Of a stretch of 64,000 nucleotides of DNA, positions 49,725-62,512 are shown one piece after another. The position numbers and the translations under genes are program-made. Numbering within the stretch: position 1 is the stretch's first letter; each line of letters opens with the position of its first letter. The notes below the pieces were generated by a model. It saw only the letters and a program-made list of their open reading frames with translations. It searched no databases and was not told the DNA's origin. The stretch covers positions 928,001-992,000 of the forward strand of contig CAWJGT010000009.1 of NCBI GenBank assembly GCA_963842525.1, given 5' to 3'. The DNA comes from an uncultured Holophagales bacterium. GTDB lineage: Bacteria; Acidobacteriota; Thermoanaerobaculia; Multivoradales; UBA5704.

Positions 49725-51973
49725 TCAGCACTCCTCCGGGACTACGGGCACGGGCACGCGGCGGGGTCCGCCGGGTGCGGCGGGCGCCGGGCCGGCCAGC
49801 TCGGAGAGCGGCGCCGGGTCGCCCGCCTGGACCGACAGGGCGGCGAGGCGCGGCAGCTCCAGGCCGGCGAGGTCGATGCGGTCGGCGGGCGTCGGCCCGC
49901 CGCGGCCGAGCAGCACACCGGTGACTTTGGCGACGCCGTCGACCCGCGCGGCGACCGCCCACAGCTCCAGGGCCTCGACCGGGTTGGACAGCGGCCAGCC
50001 GGTGCCGTCGCGCCCGCCTTCGAGCGGGGAGAGGAAGCGGCGCAGCTCGCGCTTGACCGCCTCGCGCGCCCCGGCCTGGTCGCGGCCGGCCACCACTTCA
50101 ATGCCGACCGACAGCCAGACCGGCACGTAGACCGGGCCGCTCACCCACAGCTCGGTGGTGACCAGCCGGCGCGGCGACAGGTAGGCGCACAGGGTCTCCA
50201 GGAAGCGCGCGTCCGGCTCCGGCGCCTCCGGATGGAGCGGGTCGAAGCGCGGGATGACCATCAGCGTCACCACCCCCTCGGCCGGCGTATCGGGAGCGTC
50301 GGGCTGGAACAGGGGCAGCACCTCCACGCGGCCGACGTCCACGCCGGGAGCGCGGCGGGCGATCTCCTCGAAATCGCGCTCCGACACCAGCCGGTCGCGG
50401 TGGCGCAGGGTCTGCGGGATGCGCTGCTCGGCGTCGCGCACGGTCTCGGCGTCGGCGCCGCCCCAGGTGGGGACCGGGTTGGCGACCTGCATGCCGGCCG
50501 GCAGGCTCGTCCCCTTGCTGACCGCGCCGATCCCGACCATGCCGGCGCGCCCGCCGCCGAAGTCGTAGCTCGCCTGGATCACCGCTCCCGCCGTGGGCCG
50601 GGCGCCGCGCAGGCCGTCGCCAAAGCGCACGGCGCCGGTGGCGCGGTCGACGGTGAACGCCCGCGCCGCCGCCGGATCGGCCCCATCACTCCCACCCCGG
50701 AGACCCCAGGAAACATCTCCCAGCGGCACCTCGGGCGCCGCCAGGCGGAGGTCCTCCACCTCGCGCCACGGCTCACCGCCGACGCTGAGCGAGACGCTCC
50801 CGGGGAGCACCGGCGTGTTGGCCAGGCGCAGCTCCTGGTCGGGCTCGCCCGTGCCGCGGCCGAGCACCTCGCCGGCCACGTGGGCACGCTGCACGACCCG
50901 TGCGGCGTTGATCCCGAGCCAGCTCAGACGGCCCGACGGCCTGCCGGTGTCCGAGGCAGTTCCCGACGGCGCCCGCAGGCCGACGCGGAGCCAGGTCACA
51001 AGGCGGTCGGCCAGGGAATCCTCGGCCAGCGCCGGCGGGAAGTCGCCCGTGCCCTCGTCCTGCGGCTCGAGGTCGTCCCACAGCCGCAGCCGTTCGGCGC
51101 CGGGGAGCGGCAGCTCCACGATCCCCGGCTCGTCCAGCAGGTCGCCGCTCGACCGGGCGTCGAGCGGGTCGAAGCGAGCCACCCGCTCGCCCGACGGACC
51201 CAGGTCGTCGCGGCCGGTGGGCCGCGGCAGCGACCAGGTGAGGGAGGGCTGGGCGCCGGCCTCCACGCGGCCGCCGGGCGGCAGCTCGCGGGCGCCGCCT
51301 GGGGCGGCCGGTACGACCCCCAGGGTCAGCACCTGGCCGGCGATGGCGTGCCGCGCCGCCTCCACGTCGGCCGGCGAGCGGGCGAAGAGCGCCACCCAGA
51401 GCGAGCCGTCCACGGTGCTCCCCAGGTCGAGCTTCCGGGGGGAGCGCGCCGGATCGCGGCGCCGGGAGCTTCCCGCGTCTCGTAGAAGGCGAGCACGGAG
51501 CCTTCGCCGGTCAGCGCCGCGAAGAGCTGGTCGTAGAGCGACCGCACCTCGGCCTCGCGGTCGCCGGGCAGCTCGGCCTTGTAGAAGACCCGCGACTCGA
51601 CCGGCAGCACGGCCAGGCCGTCGACGGTGCGGAACGGCACCTGGCCGGCGGTCAGCTCCAGGTCCGGCGGCAGCACGCGGGCCTCGACCGCGCCGCGCAG
51701 GTTGGAGAACGCCACCAGCCCCCGCGCCGCCTCGGCCGGCTGCAGCGGGATGCCGAGGAGGTTCAGGAACTTGATGCGGTTGCGCTCCGGGATGCGGTTG
51801 GCGCGGTAGAGCAGGCTCTCCGTCATGAAGGAGAAGAGCTGGAGGAGCGTGACGCCCGGGTCGGCGTCGTTGAAGTTGGTCCATTCCGGCAGGTGGACCG
51901 GGATGCGCGCCAGCGCCTCTTCCAGGATCTGGCGATAGGTGCGGTCGTCGAGGACCGGTTCGGTCAGGGCCAT
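49725..51973 (-). CDS. Baseplate J-like protein (Afp11-like); frameshift at about 51435-51475
   Basis: LDDRTY...PEWTNFNDADPGVTLLQLF; FGDGLRG; GGADAET; RDRLVSERDFE. Confidence 0.88.
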
Positions 51974-51987
51974 GGTCTCTCTTCTCC

Positions 51988-52389
51988 CTAGCCCGCCAGG
52001 CGGACGCTCAGGTCGATGCGGTCGGACGATCCGGTCGCGACCAGGGCATAGCGGATGGTGACCGCCGCCGACTGCACGGTGGTCGCGTCGGTCGCGTCGG
52101 CTTCGACCGTCACCGACTCCAGGCGGATGCGCGGCTCCCACAGCGAGAGCGCGCGGACGATGCGTTCCTCGATCAGCCGGTGGGTCGCCACCGTGTTGGG
52201 TTGGAACAGGAACCGGGCGAGGCCGGCGCCGAAGTCGGGCAGCAGGATCCGCTCGCCGGGCTCGGTGAGCAGGATGATGCGGATGGCCTCGCGGATGTTC
52301 TCCGGGCCGACCGAGAGGGCCACCCGGCCGTCCGGCCCCAGCCTTGGGGGGAACGCGAAACCCTGTCCGAAGATGCGTGCCTCGTCCAT
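51988..52389 (-). CDS. GPW/gp25 baseplate protein (Afp9-like)
   Basis: G.GFAFP, IREAIRIILLTEPGERILLPDFG, WEPRI. Confidence 0.92.
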   Translation of the reverse strand: MDEARIFGQGFAFPPRLGPDGRVALSVGPENIREAIRIILLTEPGERILLPDFGAGLARFLFQPNTVATHRLIEERIVRALSLWEPRIRLESVTVEADATDATTVQSAAVTIRYALVATGSSDRIDLSVRLAG

Positions 52390-52392
52390 CGC

Positions 52393-53982
52393 CTAGCTCG
52401 CCTTCAGCTTGAGAGGCAGGCAGATCCGGAAGAACGGGATCCACCAGAACACGATGTTGAGGACGAAGACGATGATCAGCAGCAGGATGAGGGCGCAGAT
52501 GGTGATGATGGGGATGGACAGCGAGCAGATCATCCCCAGGCTGAAGCCGCCCTCGTCGCCGACGTCGCCGTTGTCCAGGTCCTCCAGCTTGATCCCCTGG
52601 ATGCGCGACATCTGGCGCCGGAGCTGGTCGGAGATTAGGAAGGAGACGGCGCGCGGGAACTTGCGCAGCCCCTTGATGCTGGTGTCGACCGGCATCTGGA
52701 TGCGGATCTGGCGGGCCGGCGCGTCGGGGTCGAAGAAAGTGGCGAGCTGGAAGGCCTGGCTCGGCGCGCTCACCGCCGGCGGATGGATGCCCGCGCAGAC
52801 CGGCCGCTCGTAGACGCACCGCACCACGTAGAGGGCGCCGGCCGACGGGTCGAGCTTGGGCACCGCGGGCACGGCCGCCGCGGGCGGGTCCGGGATCTGG
52901 GCAGAGTCGAAGGCCGCGATCACCGCCGCCTTCAGCGCGTCCGCTATGGGTGCAGGCTGGAAAACGGCGTTGCGCAGGTCGTACATGGGCAGGCTGGGAT
53001 CCGCGCCGGACTCCAGGATCTCGGCCCGCCGGTCGTCCACCTCGCGCAGGGCCTCGGACCAGGTCGAGCCTCCGACAGAGTCGGTGCGCAGGCGCGTCCA
53101 GAGGTCGCGCCTGGGTCCCGTTAGCGAGCTTGTGTTGAACGGCAGGGCGTTCCACACCGTGCTGGCGTGGGTCCGGAGGTATTCGGCCAGATCGAGCAGG
53201 ATGAAGAGCGACGTGGTCCGGGCGAGATCCGTGCCGCTGGCCGTCAGCGGGATGTCCGCCAGCTCGCGCAGCGCCCCGATCACCCGTTCGTCGAGCTCGT
53301 GGTGCCGCGGGTCACCGAGGTCGTCGCCGGGATCGGCGATCGGCGACAGCTCCGGCCCCGCGGCAAAGGTCTCGCGGCTCGCGGCCGGCACCAGGCCGAA
53401 GAGGAGGCGGCGCGGGTGGCCGTTGGCCTTGAAGCTCAGCGGGAAGAGCGGCAGGCGCTCCTCGCCGGGCAGGACGGTTGGAACACTCGCATCCTGCACA
53501 GGCCGCCATCCCTGGCCGGGCACCCAGCCGTGCTCGCGGAAGGTCGAAGGCACGTTGGGATTGACGGTGCCATCCGCCACGGCCGGCACCAGGCGGCGCA
53601 GCACGAACGTGGTGGTCTCGCCGGCCCCGGCGTCGATCTTCCGGTCGGGGAAGCCCGGGGTGCGGCAGACCAGGCTCGCCGTCACGAGATAGAACCGGCC
53701 ATGGACCGGCTGGTAGAGCTTGAGCGTGCGGGCGAGCAGAGGGTCGCCCGGCTCGAGCCAGCCGGCGCCGGGATCGCGCCAGGTCTCGGGGTGCGCCACC
53801 AGGCCGGCCAGGTCCGGCGCCGCCGTGGCGAGGCGCGCCTGCACCTGCTCCATGAAGTCGTCGCCCGCCAGCCGGAGCAGCGCCGGCCGCCGGAAGCGGT
53901 CGGCGACGGGAGCGGACACTCCTCCCTGTAACGCCCGGTTCCACAGCGGCTGTGCCGTCAACCATTCGATCGGATGCATCAC
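52393..53982 (-). CDS. Uncharacterised eCIS protein with a C-terminal transmembrane segment
   Basis: 529 aa; ends ICSLSIPIITICALILLLIIVFVLNIVFWWIPFFRICLPLK; lies between spike and gp25. Confidence 0.75.
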   Translation of the reverse strand: MMHPIEWLTAQPLWNRALQGGVSAPVADRFRRPALLRLAGDDFMEQVQARLATAAPDLAGLVAHPETWRDPGAGWLEPGDPLLARTLKLYQPVHGRFYLVTASLVCRTPGFPDRKIDAGAGETTTFVLRRLVPAVADGTVNPNVPSTFREHGWVPGQGWRPVQDASVPTVLPGEERLPLFPLSFKANGHPRRLLFGLVPAASRETFAAGPELSPIADPGDDLGDPRHHELDERVIGALRELADIPLTASGTDLARTTSLFILLDLAEYLRTHASTVWNALPFNTSSLTGPRRDLWTRLRTDSVGGSTWSEALREVDDRRAEILESGADPSLPMYDLRNAVFQPAPIADALKAAVIAAFDSAQIPDPPAAAVPAVPKLDPSAGALYVVRCVYERPVCAGIHPPAVSAPSQAFQLATFFDPDAPARQIRIQMPVDTSIKGLRKFPRAVSFLISDQLRRQMSRIQGIKLEDLDNGDVGDEGGFSLGMICSLSIPIITICALILLLIIVFVLNIVFWWIPFFRICLPLKLKAS

Positions 53983-53994
53983 GTTTCCTCGTCC

Positions 53995-54711
53995 CTACCA
54001 GATATTTCCAGCGCCGGGCGTATAGCTGGCGCTGACCACGGAATTGGTGATCACGGTGTCGGCCTGCACCACGCCGCTGAACTTGGACATGCCGGCATTG
54101 ACCGTCACCATGCCGGCCGAGATCTCGACCGTGCTTGCGGTGACCGTGACCTTGGCCGACGTGGTGACCGACACCCCCTCGGGCGCGGCCTTGATCTGGT
54201 TGCCGTTGCTGTCGCGCACCTCGACCGAGCGCGCGCCGTCGTCGAGCAGCACGGTGTGGCCGCCGGGGGTCTCCAGCTTCAGGACCTCGCGGCCGTCGCT
54301 GTCGTCGAGCGTGATCTTGACGCCGTTGCGCGAGCGCAGCAGCTTGACCGGGTTCCTGCCAGCGCCGTCCATGCTCTGCGGCGGGGCGTCGACGCCGTTC
54401 CACAGGCTGCCGACCACATAGGGCCGCCGAGGGTCGCCCGCCTCGAAGGCGAGCAAGACTTCATCGCCCACGTCGGGCACGAACCAGCTCCCGCGGTTGT
54501 TGCCCGCCATCAGGGTGGCGAGCCGCGCCCAGGCCTCGTACGCCTGGCCGTCGCCGTCCGGCGACCACGGGAGCTTGACCTTGACGCGGCCCTGCCCCTG
54601 CGGGTCCGAGATGTCCGAGACCACGGCGGCGTAGACCCCATAGAAGAGCCCGCCGAAGCCGCGGCTCACCCGCGCATCGAGCAGCTCGTCCAGGGCTTCA
54701 GCTACGGGCAT
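53995..54711 (-). CDS. Spike protein, gp5/gpV OB-fold (VgrG C-terminal part)
   Basis: DPQGQGRVKV, WARLA, FVPDVGDEVLLAFEAGDPRRPYVVGSLW. Confidence 0.9.
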   Translation of the reverse strand: MPVAEALDELLDARVSRGFGGLFYGVYAAVVSDISDPQGQGRVKVKLPWSPDGDGQAYEAWARLATLMAGNNRGSWFVPDVGDEVLLAFEAGDPRRPYVVGSLWNGVDAPPQSMDGAGRNPVKLLRSRNGVKITLDDSDGREVLKLETPGGHTVLLDDGARSVEVRDSNGNQIKAAPEGVSVTTSAKVTVTASTVEISAGMVTVNAGMSKFSGVVQADTVITNSVVSASYTPGAGNIW

Positions 54712-54713
54712 GC

Positions 54714-55799
54714 TCAGGGCCTCCCCAGGTTGGGCCGCTCGACGGCGAAGCGGGTGCGGTAGCCATGGAGGGCATCGAACGTCTGCCGCACCTCGGTGAC
54801 GTAGTACTCGCCTTCAAAAAGAGACCCGACGGATTTGAGGTCCACCCGCGTGCCGACCCGGATGCGCGCGTCGCCGTCCGAGATCCCCTGGCCGGTCAGG
54901 AACCGGCGGGCCATGCCGCGGAAGCGCGCCTTGGCCAGGCCGTCGGCCTCGCCGGGGGTGAGCGAGACGAGATGGACGATGCGCTCCGGCCGGTCGCCGA
55001 AGGCGCTCTTGAGGACCTTGGCGCCCGAATCGCCGCCGTTCAGCTCGGACTGCACCGCGCTGTCCGAGGCTTCGCCCTTGATCCCTTCCTTGGCGGCCAC
55101 ATCCCAGCCGGATACGGTGAGGCTGGTGCGCTGGGCGGCCAGGTCGGCGAGGACCGAGAATTCGCGCAGCGTGCGGCCGTACTCCAGCGACACCTGGCCG
55201 GCGTTGCGGCGCGCCCGTGCCTGGGCGTGCAGGGTGGCGCCCTCGACCCAGACCTCGGCGTCGGCGGCGCGCGCCCGCTCGCGCAAAAAGGCCAGGTCGC
55301 TCTGGTTGACCTGGGCGAGCACGGTATGGGTCGGCCCGTCGAGGTCCACCTGCGCCGTGAGGCCGTGCTTGGAGGCGATGAAGCGCGCCACGTCGGCGTC
55401 GCTCGAATCCTCGTAGGTGCGGCTGCGGCGGGTCATGCGCAGGTCCTGCAACCGGTCCTCGGCGAGCACGGCGATCTCCGGCGGCCGGCCTTCGGGGAAG
55501 TGGGCTTCGAGGCCGGTGACCTTCCCCGTGAAGACCTTGGCGGCGGCATCGCCGTCGCCCATGTCCACCTCCAGCGGCTTGCCGAAGTCGAAGGCGGCGC
55601 GGTCGAAGAAGAGGAAGCCGGGAGCGCCGTCCTTGGTCCCCCAGTTGCCGAACACCGCCTCGCAGCGGTAGAGGCCCGCCGTGGTCTCCTCGACGACCAG
55701 CGACAGCAGACCGTCGACGAGGCCCGGCTGGTCGCGGCCGTCCAGGCGGAAGCGCGGGCGGGCGCTGTAGAGGGCCGAGGTGGGGAGGAACGGCGGCAT
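54714..55799 (-). CDS. Hub protein, phage late control D/gp27-like (VgrG N-terminal part)
   Basis: FTGKVTGLEA, SDADVA..IA, QVNQSDLAFLRERA, FEGEYYVTEV. Confidence 0.88.
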   Translation of the reverse strand: MPPFLPTSALYSARPRFRLDGRDQPGLVDGLLSLVVEETTAGLYRCEAVFGNWGTKDGAPGFLFFDRAAFDFGKPLEVDMGDGDAAAKVFTGKVTGLEAHFPEGRPPEIAVLAEDRLQDLRMTRRSRTYEDSSDADVARFIASKHGLTAQVDLDGPTHTVLAQVNQSDLAFLRERARAADAEVWVEGATLHAQARARRNAGQVSLEYGRTLREFSVLADLAAQRTSLTVSGWDVAAKEGIKGEASDSAVQSELNGGDSGAKVLKSAFGDRPERIVHLVSLTPGEADGLAKARFRGMARRFLTGQGISDGDARIRVGTRVDLKSVGSLFEGEYYVTEVRQTFDALHGYRTRFAVERPNLGRP

Positions 55800-55811
55800 G
55801 CTCTCGTTCTC

Positions 55812-55998
55812 CTAATGCGCCCGCAGCCGGGTCGGTGCGCGCGGCTTGATGGCGCAACAGGTTGCGCAGCTCTTCGAGGCTGAGGGACGGCGGTGAGGCG
55901 GCGCGGCGGCCTCCCGTCCGGCCGGCCCGGCGGCGCCGCGGCGCCTCGCCGGCCGGCGGCGCGGCCACGACATCCAGCTCGTTGATGATCACGCCCAT
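55812..55998 (-). CDS. Small eCIS protein (about 61 aa); 1-nt frameshift near 55830
   Basis: MGVIINELDV start; removing one C gives ...RLRAH*, immediately before the RBS of the hub gene. Confidence 0.55.
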
Positions 55999-56016
55999 GC
56001 AGTCAGGTCCTTCCGC

Positions 56017-56741
56017 TTAGCGCCTGCCGCCGCCGGGGCTCAGCAGGCCCGGGAGGACGGCGCGGGTTGTCCACGTTGTTGGCTTCGGCGAGGGGGCGCC
56101 AGTTCTCGGCTTGGCCCTGGCGGCCGGCCACGCCCTGCACGGTCTCGCCCTGCCGCACCGGCTCCTGCGGCGTGCGGCCCGGAGCGCCCTGGCCACCCGC
56201 CCCGCCGGCGCCTGCACCGCTTCCGGGGGCGCCTGGCAGGTCGCGGATCTCTCGCTGAATGTCCTGGCTGAGCAGGCTGACCGAGACCTTGGAGCGCAGC
56301 GGCCGGCCTTCTTCGGAGAAGAGCTTCCAGGCTCTCGTTGAGCGACTCCATGATCCCGTCGAACAGGAAGCTCCCCCAGGCGAAGCGCACCCCCGGCGGC
56401 ACCGGGTTCTTCTGCTTGGGGTCCTTCTTCGGCGTGATGAAGTAGGAGACCTCGCGGGTGAGCAGGCGCACGTCGTTGGGTGCCCCCGGCGCGCGGTCGT
56501 CCGGATCGACCGTGACGTCGAACCAGAGGTCGAGCGTCAGCTTGGTGGTGCTCTTGGAGACGAACTGCACGGCCGCCTTCTTGCCCTGGTCGCCGCCGCC
56601 GAGCTGGTTGCTGTAGGCCACCTTCAGGCTGTCGGGGTTGAACTGCACGCGCACCTTCTTCTCCAGCTCGACCACCTGCTGGTTGTTGTCCCACTTGATC
56701 TCCTGCAGCTCGGCCTTGGCGATGGTCTGCGGCTCGGGCAC
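56017..56741 (-). CDS. Tube initiator (Afp7-like) with a C-terminal LysM-like domain; several frameshifts
   Basis: VQFNP, PPGVRFAWG..LFDG; in shifted frames GRPLRSKVSVSL and VRQGETVQGVA...WRPLAEANNVDNPR. Confidence 0.75.
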
Positions 56742-56765
56742 GGTCGATCTCTCCCCCTTTAGGGC

Positions 56766-57233
56766 CTAGGCCCCGGGCGGCACAAGCTGCAGCCGCTCGT
56801 AGGCGATGTTCATCTCTTCGATGGCGATCTGGCCGTCCTTGGCGTTCAGCGCCGGCATCCTCAATTTGGTCGGCAGGCAGCCGGTCAGGGTGAAGGTCAG
56901 CGCCCGCTCGCGCACCCGGTCCTGCGGCAGCAGCACCACCTGGCCGAAGGCGCGGATGCCGCGCGTGTCGCGGCGCAGCACGCGGTCGAACCACGCCCAG
57001 AGGTCGAGCGTGCGGGTGACGCCGCGCTTCAGAACGAGCTGGCCATAGGCCGTGGGGCCCAGCAGGTGGATGGGCCGCGAGTTGTTGCCCCCTTCGCGGA
57101 TGGTCTGCGGCGTCATGGTCACTTCCAGGCCGTCGCACTCGGAGAACTCGGCGTTGCAGAAGATCTGGCCGCCGGGGACCTGGAGCTCCACCAGGAAGTT
57201 GAAGGTGGAGAAGGGGCGCTCGATCTCGGCCAC
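56766..57233 (-). CDS. Tail tube protein (T4 gp19-like, Afp5 type)
   Basis: FNFLVE, FSECDGL, REGG, LVLKRG, IAIEEM.IAYE. Confidence 0.92.
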   Translation of the reverse strand: MAEIERPFSTFNFLVELQVPGGQIFCNAEFSECDGLEVTMTPQTIREGGNNSRPIHLLGPTAYGQLVLKRGVTRTLDLWAWFDRVLRRDTRGIRAFGQVVLLPQDRVRERALTFTLTGCLPTKLRMPALNAKDGQIAIEEMNIAYERLQLVPPGA

Positions 57234-57235
57234 GC

Positions 57236-60071
57236 TCAGGCCTCCTCCAGGAACGGCGGCTCCTGGCCTGCCTGGACCAGGCGCACGGTGAGGAAGGCCA
57301 GCGGGCGCGACGGCGCCACCCGCAGCTCGACGACGAAGCGGCCCAACTCGGCGGTGCCCGGCGGGTTGACCGAGGAGTCGATCACCACGCGGTAGGCCTC
57401 GGCGGGCGTGGCGCCGGTGAAGGCGCCGCGGATGTAGAGCCCGGCCAGCACCTGGTCGAACCGCCGCCAGACGCGGCGCCGGAAGGTGTCGTCGTGCGGC
57501 TCGAAGACGTAGGTGGTCCCCTCGCGCAGCGCCAGCCGGCGGAGCAACGACAGCAACCGGCGGACGTTGACCGGCCGCACCTCCGCGTCATTCGCTGAGC
57601 GTGTCCGCCGAAAGGGCTAGAAAACCGCGCGGGTCGGAGCGCAGCAGGTTGACGCGGACGTTCAGGAGGCGCGCCCAGGAACGGGTGCTGAACGGCGGGT
57701 CCAGGGCCACCACGTCGCGCAGCGGTACGTTGGCCGGCGCGATCCAGGCGCCGCGCGATCGCGCCAGGGCTGCATAGGTGCCGCCGACCGCACCTTCCGG
57801 AGGAGCCCAGAGGGCCTCGCCGCCTGCCGCCACCCCCACCCCCCCAACACCCCGCCGGGCGATCCACGGGTGATAGAGGGCGCCATAGCCGAGCACCGGC
57901 CGCTCGCCGTCGGTGAAGAGCGGCACGCCGCCGGGAGCGAGCAGCGGCACGCCGGCCACAGCCTCGGGCGCGGCGCCGGGGGTCAGATGCGTCAGGTGGT
58001 CCAGCGCCTCCTCCTCGCGGAACGAGCGGGGGAGCGCGAGGAGCGCCAGCAGGTCGCCGCGCGCGCAGCAGAAGCGCAGCAGCGCCCGTTGCACCGCGGC
58101 CAGGACGGTGGCGTCACCGTCGCCCTCGCTGGAGGTCGTCATCCGCCAGGCCGTGGGCGGGGGCGCCGAGCGTCGCAGGGTGATCGACCATGGGCCGCTT
58201 TCGCCATCCCGCACGGCGCGCACGCGGTAGAGGAGCGTCCGTGCCGGGGGGCCGGAGAACCGGTGGGATGTGCCGGAGGCGATGCGGGTCGGGCGGGCGT
58301 CGGCGAAGGACGGATCGGCCGACTCTTCGACGACATAAGCGGTCGCACCAGGAACGCCGGCCCAGAGGAGGACGTCGCCCTCGGGCGGCGAGCCGTACGG
58401 CTCCAGGTGCGGCTCCGGCGTTGCCAGCGGCTCCTCGTCGCAACGGACGAAGGGCTCGGCGGGCAGCACGGCGCGGACGGTGTTGGACCACGGCCCGGCC
58501 TCGCTGCCGCGGTCGGCCCGCACGCGGAACCAGCGCGCCGCGGGACAGGCGACGGGCGGGGGCACATCGAGGAGAAGGCCGGCGATCCCATCCCAGCTCC
58601 GCACGGCGCGGCCAAGGCCGGCATCGTCCCCCTCCTCGACCCGGAAGGTCACGTCCGCCGGTCCCGTCCAGGTCCAGGTCAGGTCCACGCCTTCATCGGA
58701 TTCCGGCGCGGCAACGAGCACCGGCGCCGGCAGCTCGGGCGTGATCTCGGGCGTCTCGCGCTCCCAGCCGGCATGGACGGCATCGGGCACTGCCAGCAGG
58801 CTGACCTCTTCCAGGGGAAGGAGCGCGTGGAGCCCGCCGAGGTCTTCGCCGACCACATACAGCCGGTGGTTGGCCTCGGCGAGGAGCGAGCCGGCGCCGA
58901 GCTGGGCGAGCCGCCGGTCCAGGAAGAGAAGGGCGCCGAAATTCGCCAGGCCGTCGCGCTCCAGTGCCGTGTCCGGCGAAGCGTCCGTGGACGGGCCGCG
59001 GGCCGCGTCCGCCGCAGGGGCCGACGGCATGGCGACGGGCAGATAGAGAGGCGCCGGGTCGTCCGGGCCGGCGAAGGGGAAGCGGGGCGTTGCGGCATCC
59101 CTGGCCAGCGGCCCGCTGGCGGGCACGCCATGGGGCGGCGCCGCCAGGAGCCCGGCGTCGGTAGGCAGGCCACCCCAGAAGCGCGGGTGGGCGGCGGCGA
59201 AGCCGAGCCGGCTGAGCCGGGCGCGCAGCCCGTCACCTTCCCAGGCCAGCAGCTCGAAGGTGAGCCGGCGCACCGACGGCACCCCCGCGAGCGGCGGGCT
59301 GGCCAGGCGGATCGCCTCCCACAGCGCCAGACCGTCGGTCTCGGAGATCGGGATCAGCCGCCGCAGGCCGGGCTCAAGGGCCGACGGCGGCGAGCCCTGT
59401 AGCTCCGGCAGCGCCCAGAACCCCTGGCTGGAGGTCAGCAGCAGGCCGCGCCGCCGGGGCTCCGGCTGCGTCACGGCCTCGACCGGCAGGAAGAGGACCG
59501 GGCCCTGATCGTTGATGGGGTCGAAGTCGAGCTCCAGGAGGTCGCCCGGAGCGGCGCCACCGGGCGGCAGGGAGAGGTACAGGCGGTAGTCGTTGGGAGC
59601 GGCGGAGAACGGCTCGCCCTGGGAGGGATCGAGCGGCAGCCCCTCGCGGTCGAGCACGGCGCCGGCGCGCAGGCGGTCGGCCCAGCTCCCCTCGGCGCGG
59701 GCGCGTGTTTCGGCCGGCTCCCAGGAGTCGGCCCGCACCAGGCCGGGCACCGGAAAGCGCTGGGTGCTCGCTCCGGCGCCGGCTACCCGCACCACCCAGC
59801 AGCGCCGGCCGCCGTTGCGGAAGAAGTCCTCGACCGCGGCGCCCAGGTGAGCGGTCTGCAGCCGTCCGGTTTCGGCGTCCCAGGCGAGCGGCGCGTCGCC
59901 GCCGAACAGGTCGCGAAAGCGCGCCGCGTCCTCCACCGCCACCGGCATCCCCACGGGGCCGGCGGCGGCGAAGCCCACGAACGCCGCCACGTCCATGCGC
60001 GGCAGGGCACGCTCCGCGGCCGGTGGCTCGGCCCGGAACCGGACTCCTGGCAGCTCCGCTTCGAGGATCAC
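57236..60071 (-). CDS. Sheath protein 2 with two inserted FN3-like domains; frameshift near 57590
   Basis: RMDVAAFVGFA..GP, FF.NGG.RCWVVRV, YGALYHPW, APAN, VNVRRL, VFEP. Confidence 0.85.
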
Positions 60072-60084
60072 CGCGGCCTCCGCC

Positions 60085-60544
60085 TCACGTGGTCTCCAGC
60101 ACGATCCGCTCGGAGGCCAGGACGAGCTCCTCGATGGCCACGTCCGTGCCCTTGCCGTTGAGCGCCGGGCCGGTGTACTTCATGGGCCGCGCGTTCTTGA
60201 GCTTCCCACTTGACCGCGGTCTCCGACCGGTCCTGGGTGAGCAGCTCGATCGTCACGTCCTTGAGGGCGTCCTGGGCGCCGTTGCGCACCTCCTCCAGCC
60301 ACTGGTAGAGGTTGGTCGCGCCGATGACGCCGCGCTTGAGCGTGATGTCCGGGGTCTTGTACGTGCCGGTGATCTTCATCGGCGCGTTGTCCTTGAAGTT
60401 GCCGGCGCGGTATTCGGCCACGGTGATCTCCATGCCGAGGCCGCTGATCTCCTGGAAGCCGGCCTTGACGTCCGTGGCGTCAAGGCCTTCCCAGCTCACC
60501 AGGAAGTTGAACTGGCTGTAGGGGCGGTCACGTTCGATGGCCAT
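60085..60544 (-). CDS. Tail tube protein (gp19-like, Afp1 type); frameshift near 60207
   Basis: FQEISGL, EYRAG, ITLKRG; the shifted frame continues WKLKNARPMKYTGPALNG...VAIEELVL. Confidence 0.88.
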
Positions 60545-60561
60545 CGTCTAGCCTCCTCGGG

Positions 60562-62490
<1,929 letters not shown>

Positions 62491-62512
62491 TGCGGTCTTC
62501 CTCCTGATCGGG

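Noticed and set aside
55830-60210. Programmed frameshifting in tail genes
   Set aside because: No consistent slippery sequence, and similar indels occur in unrelated genes.
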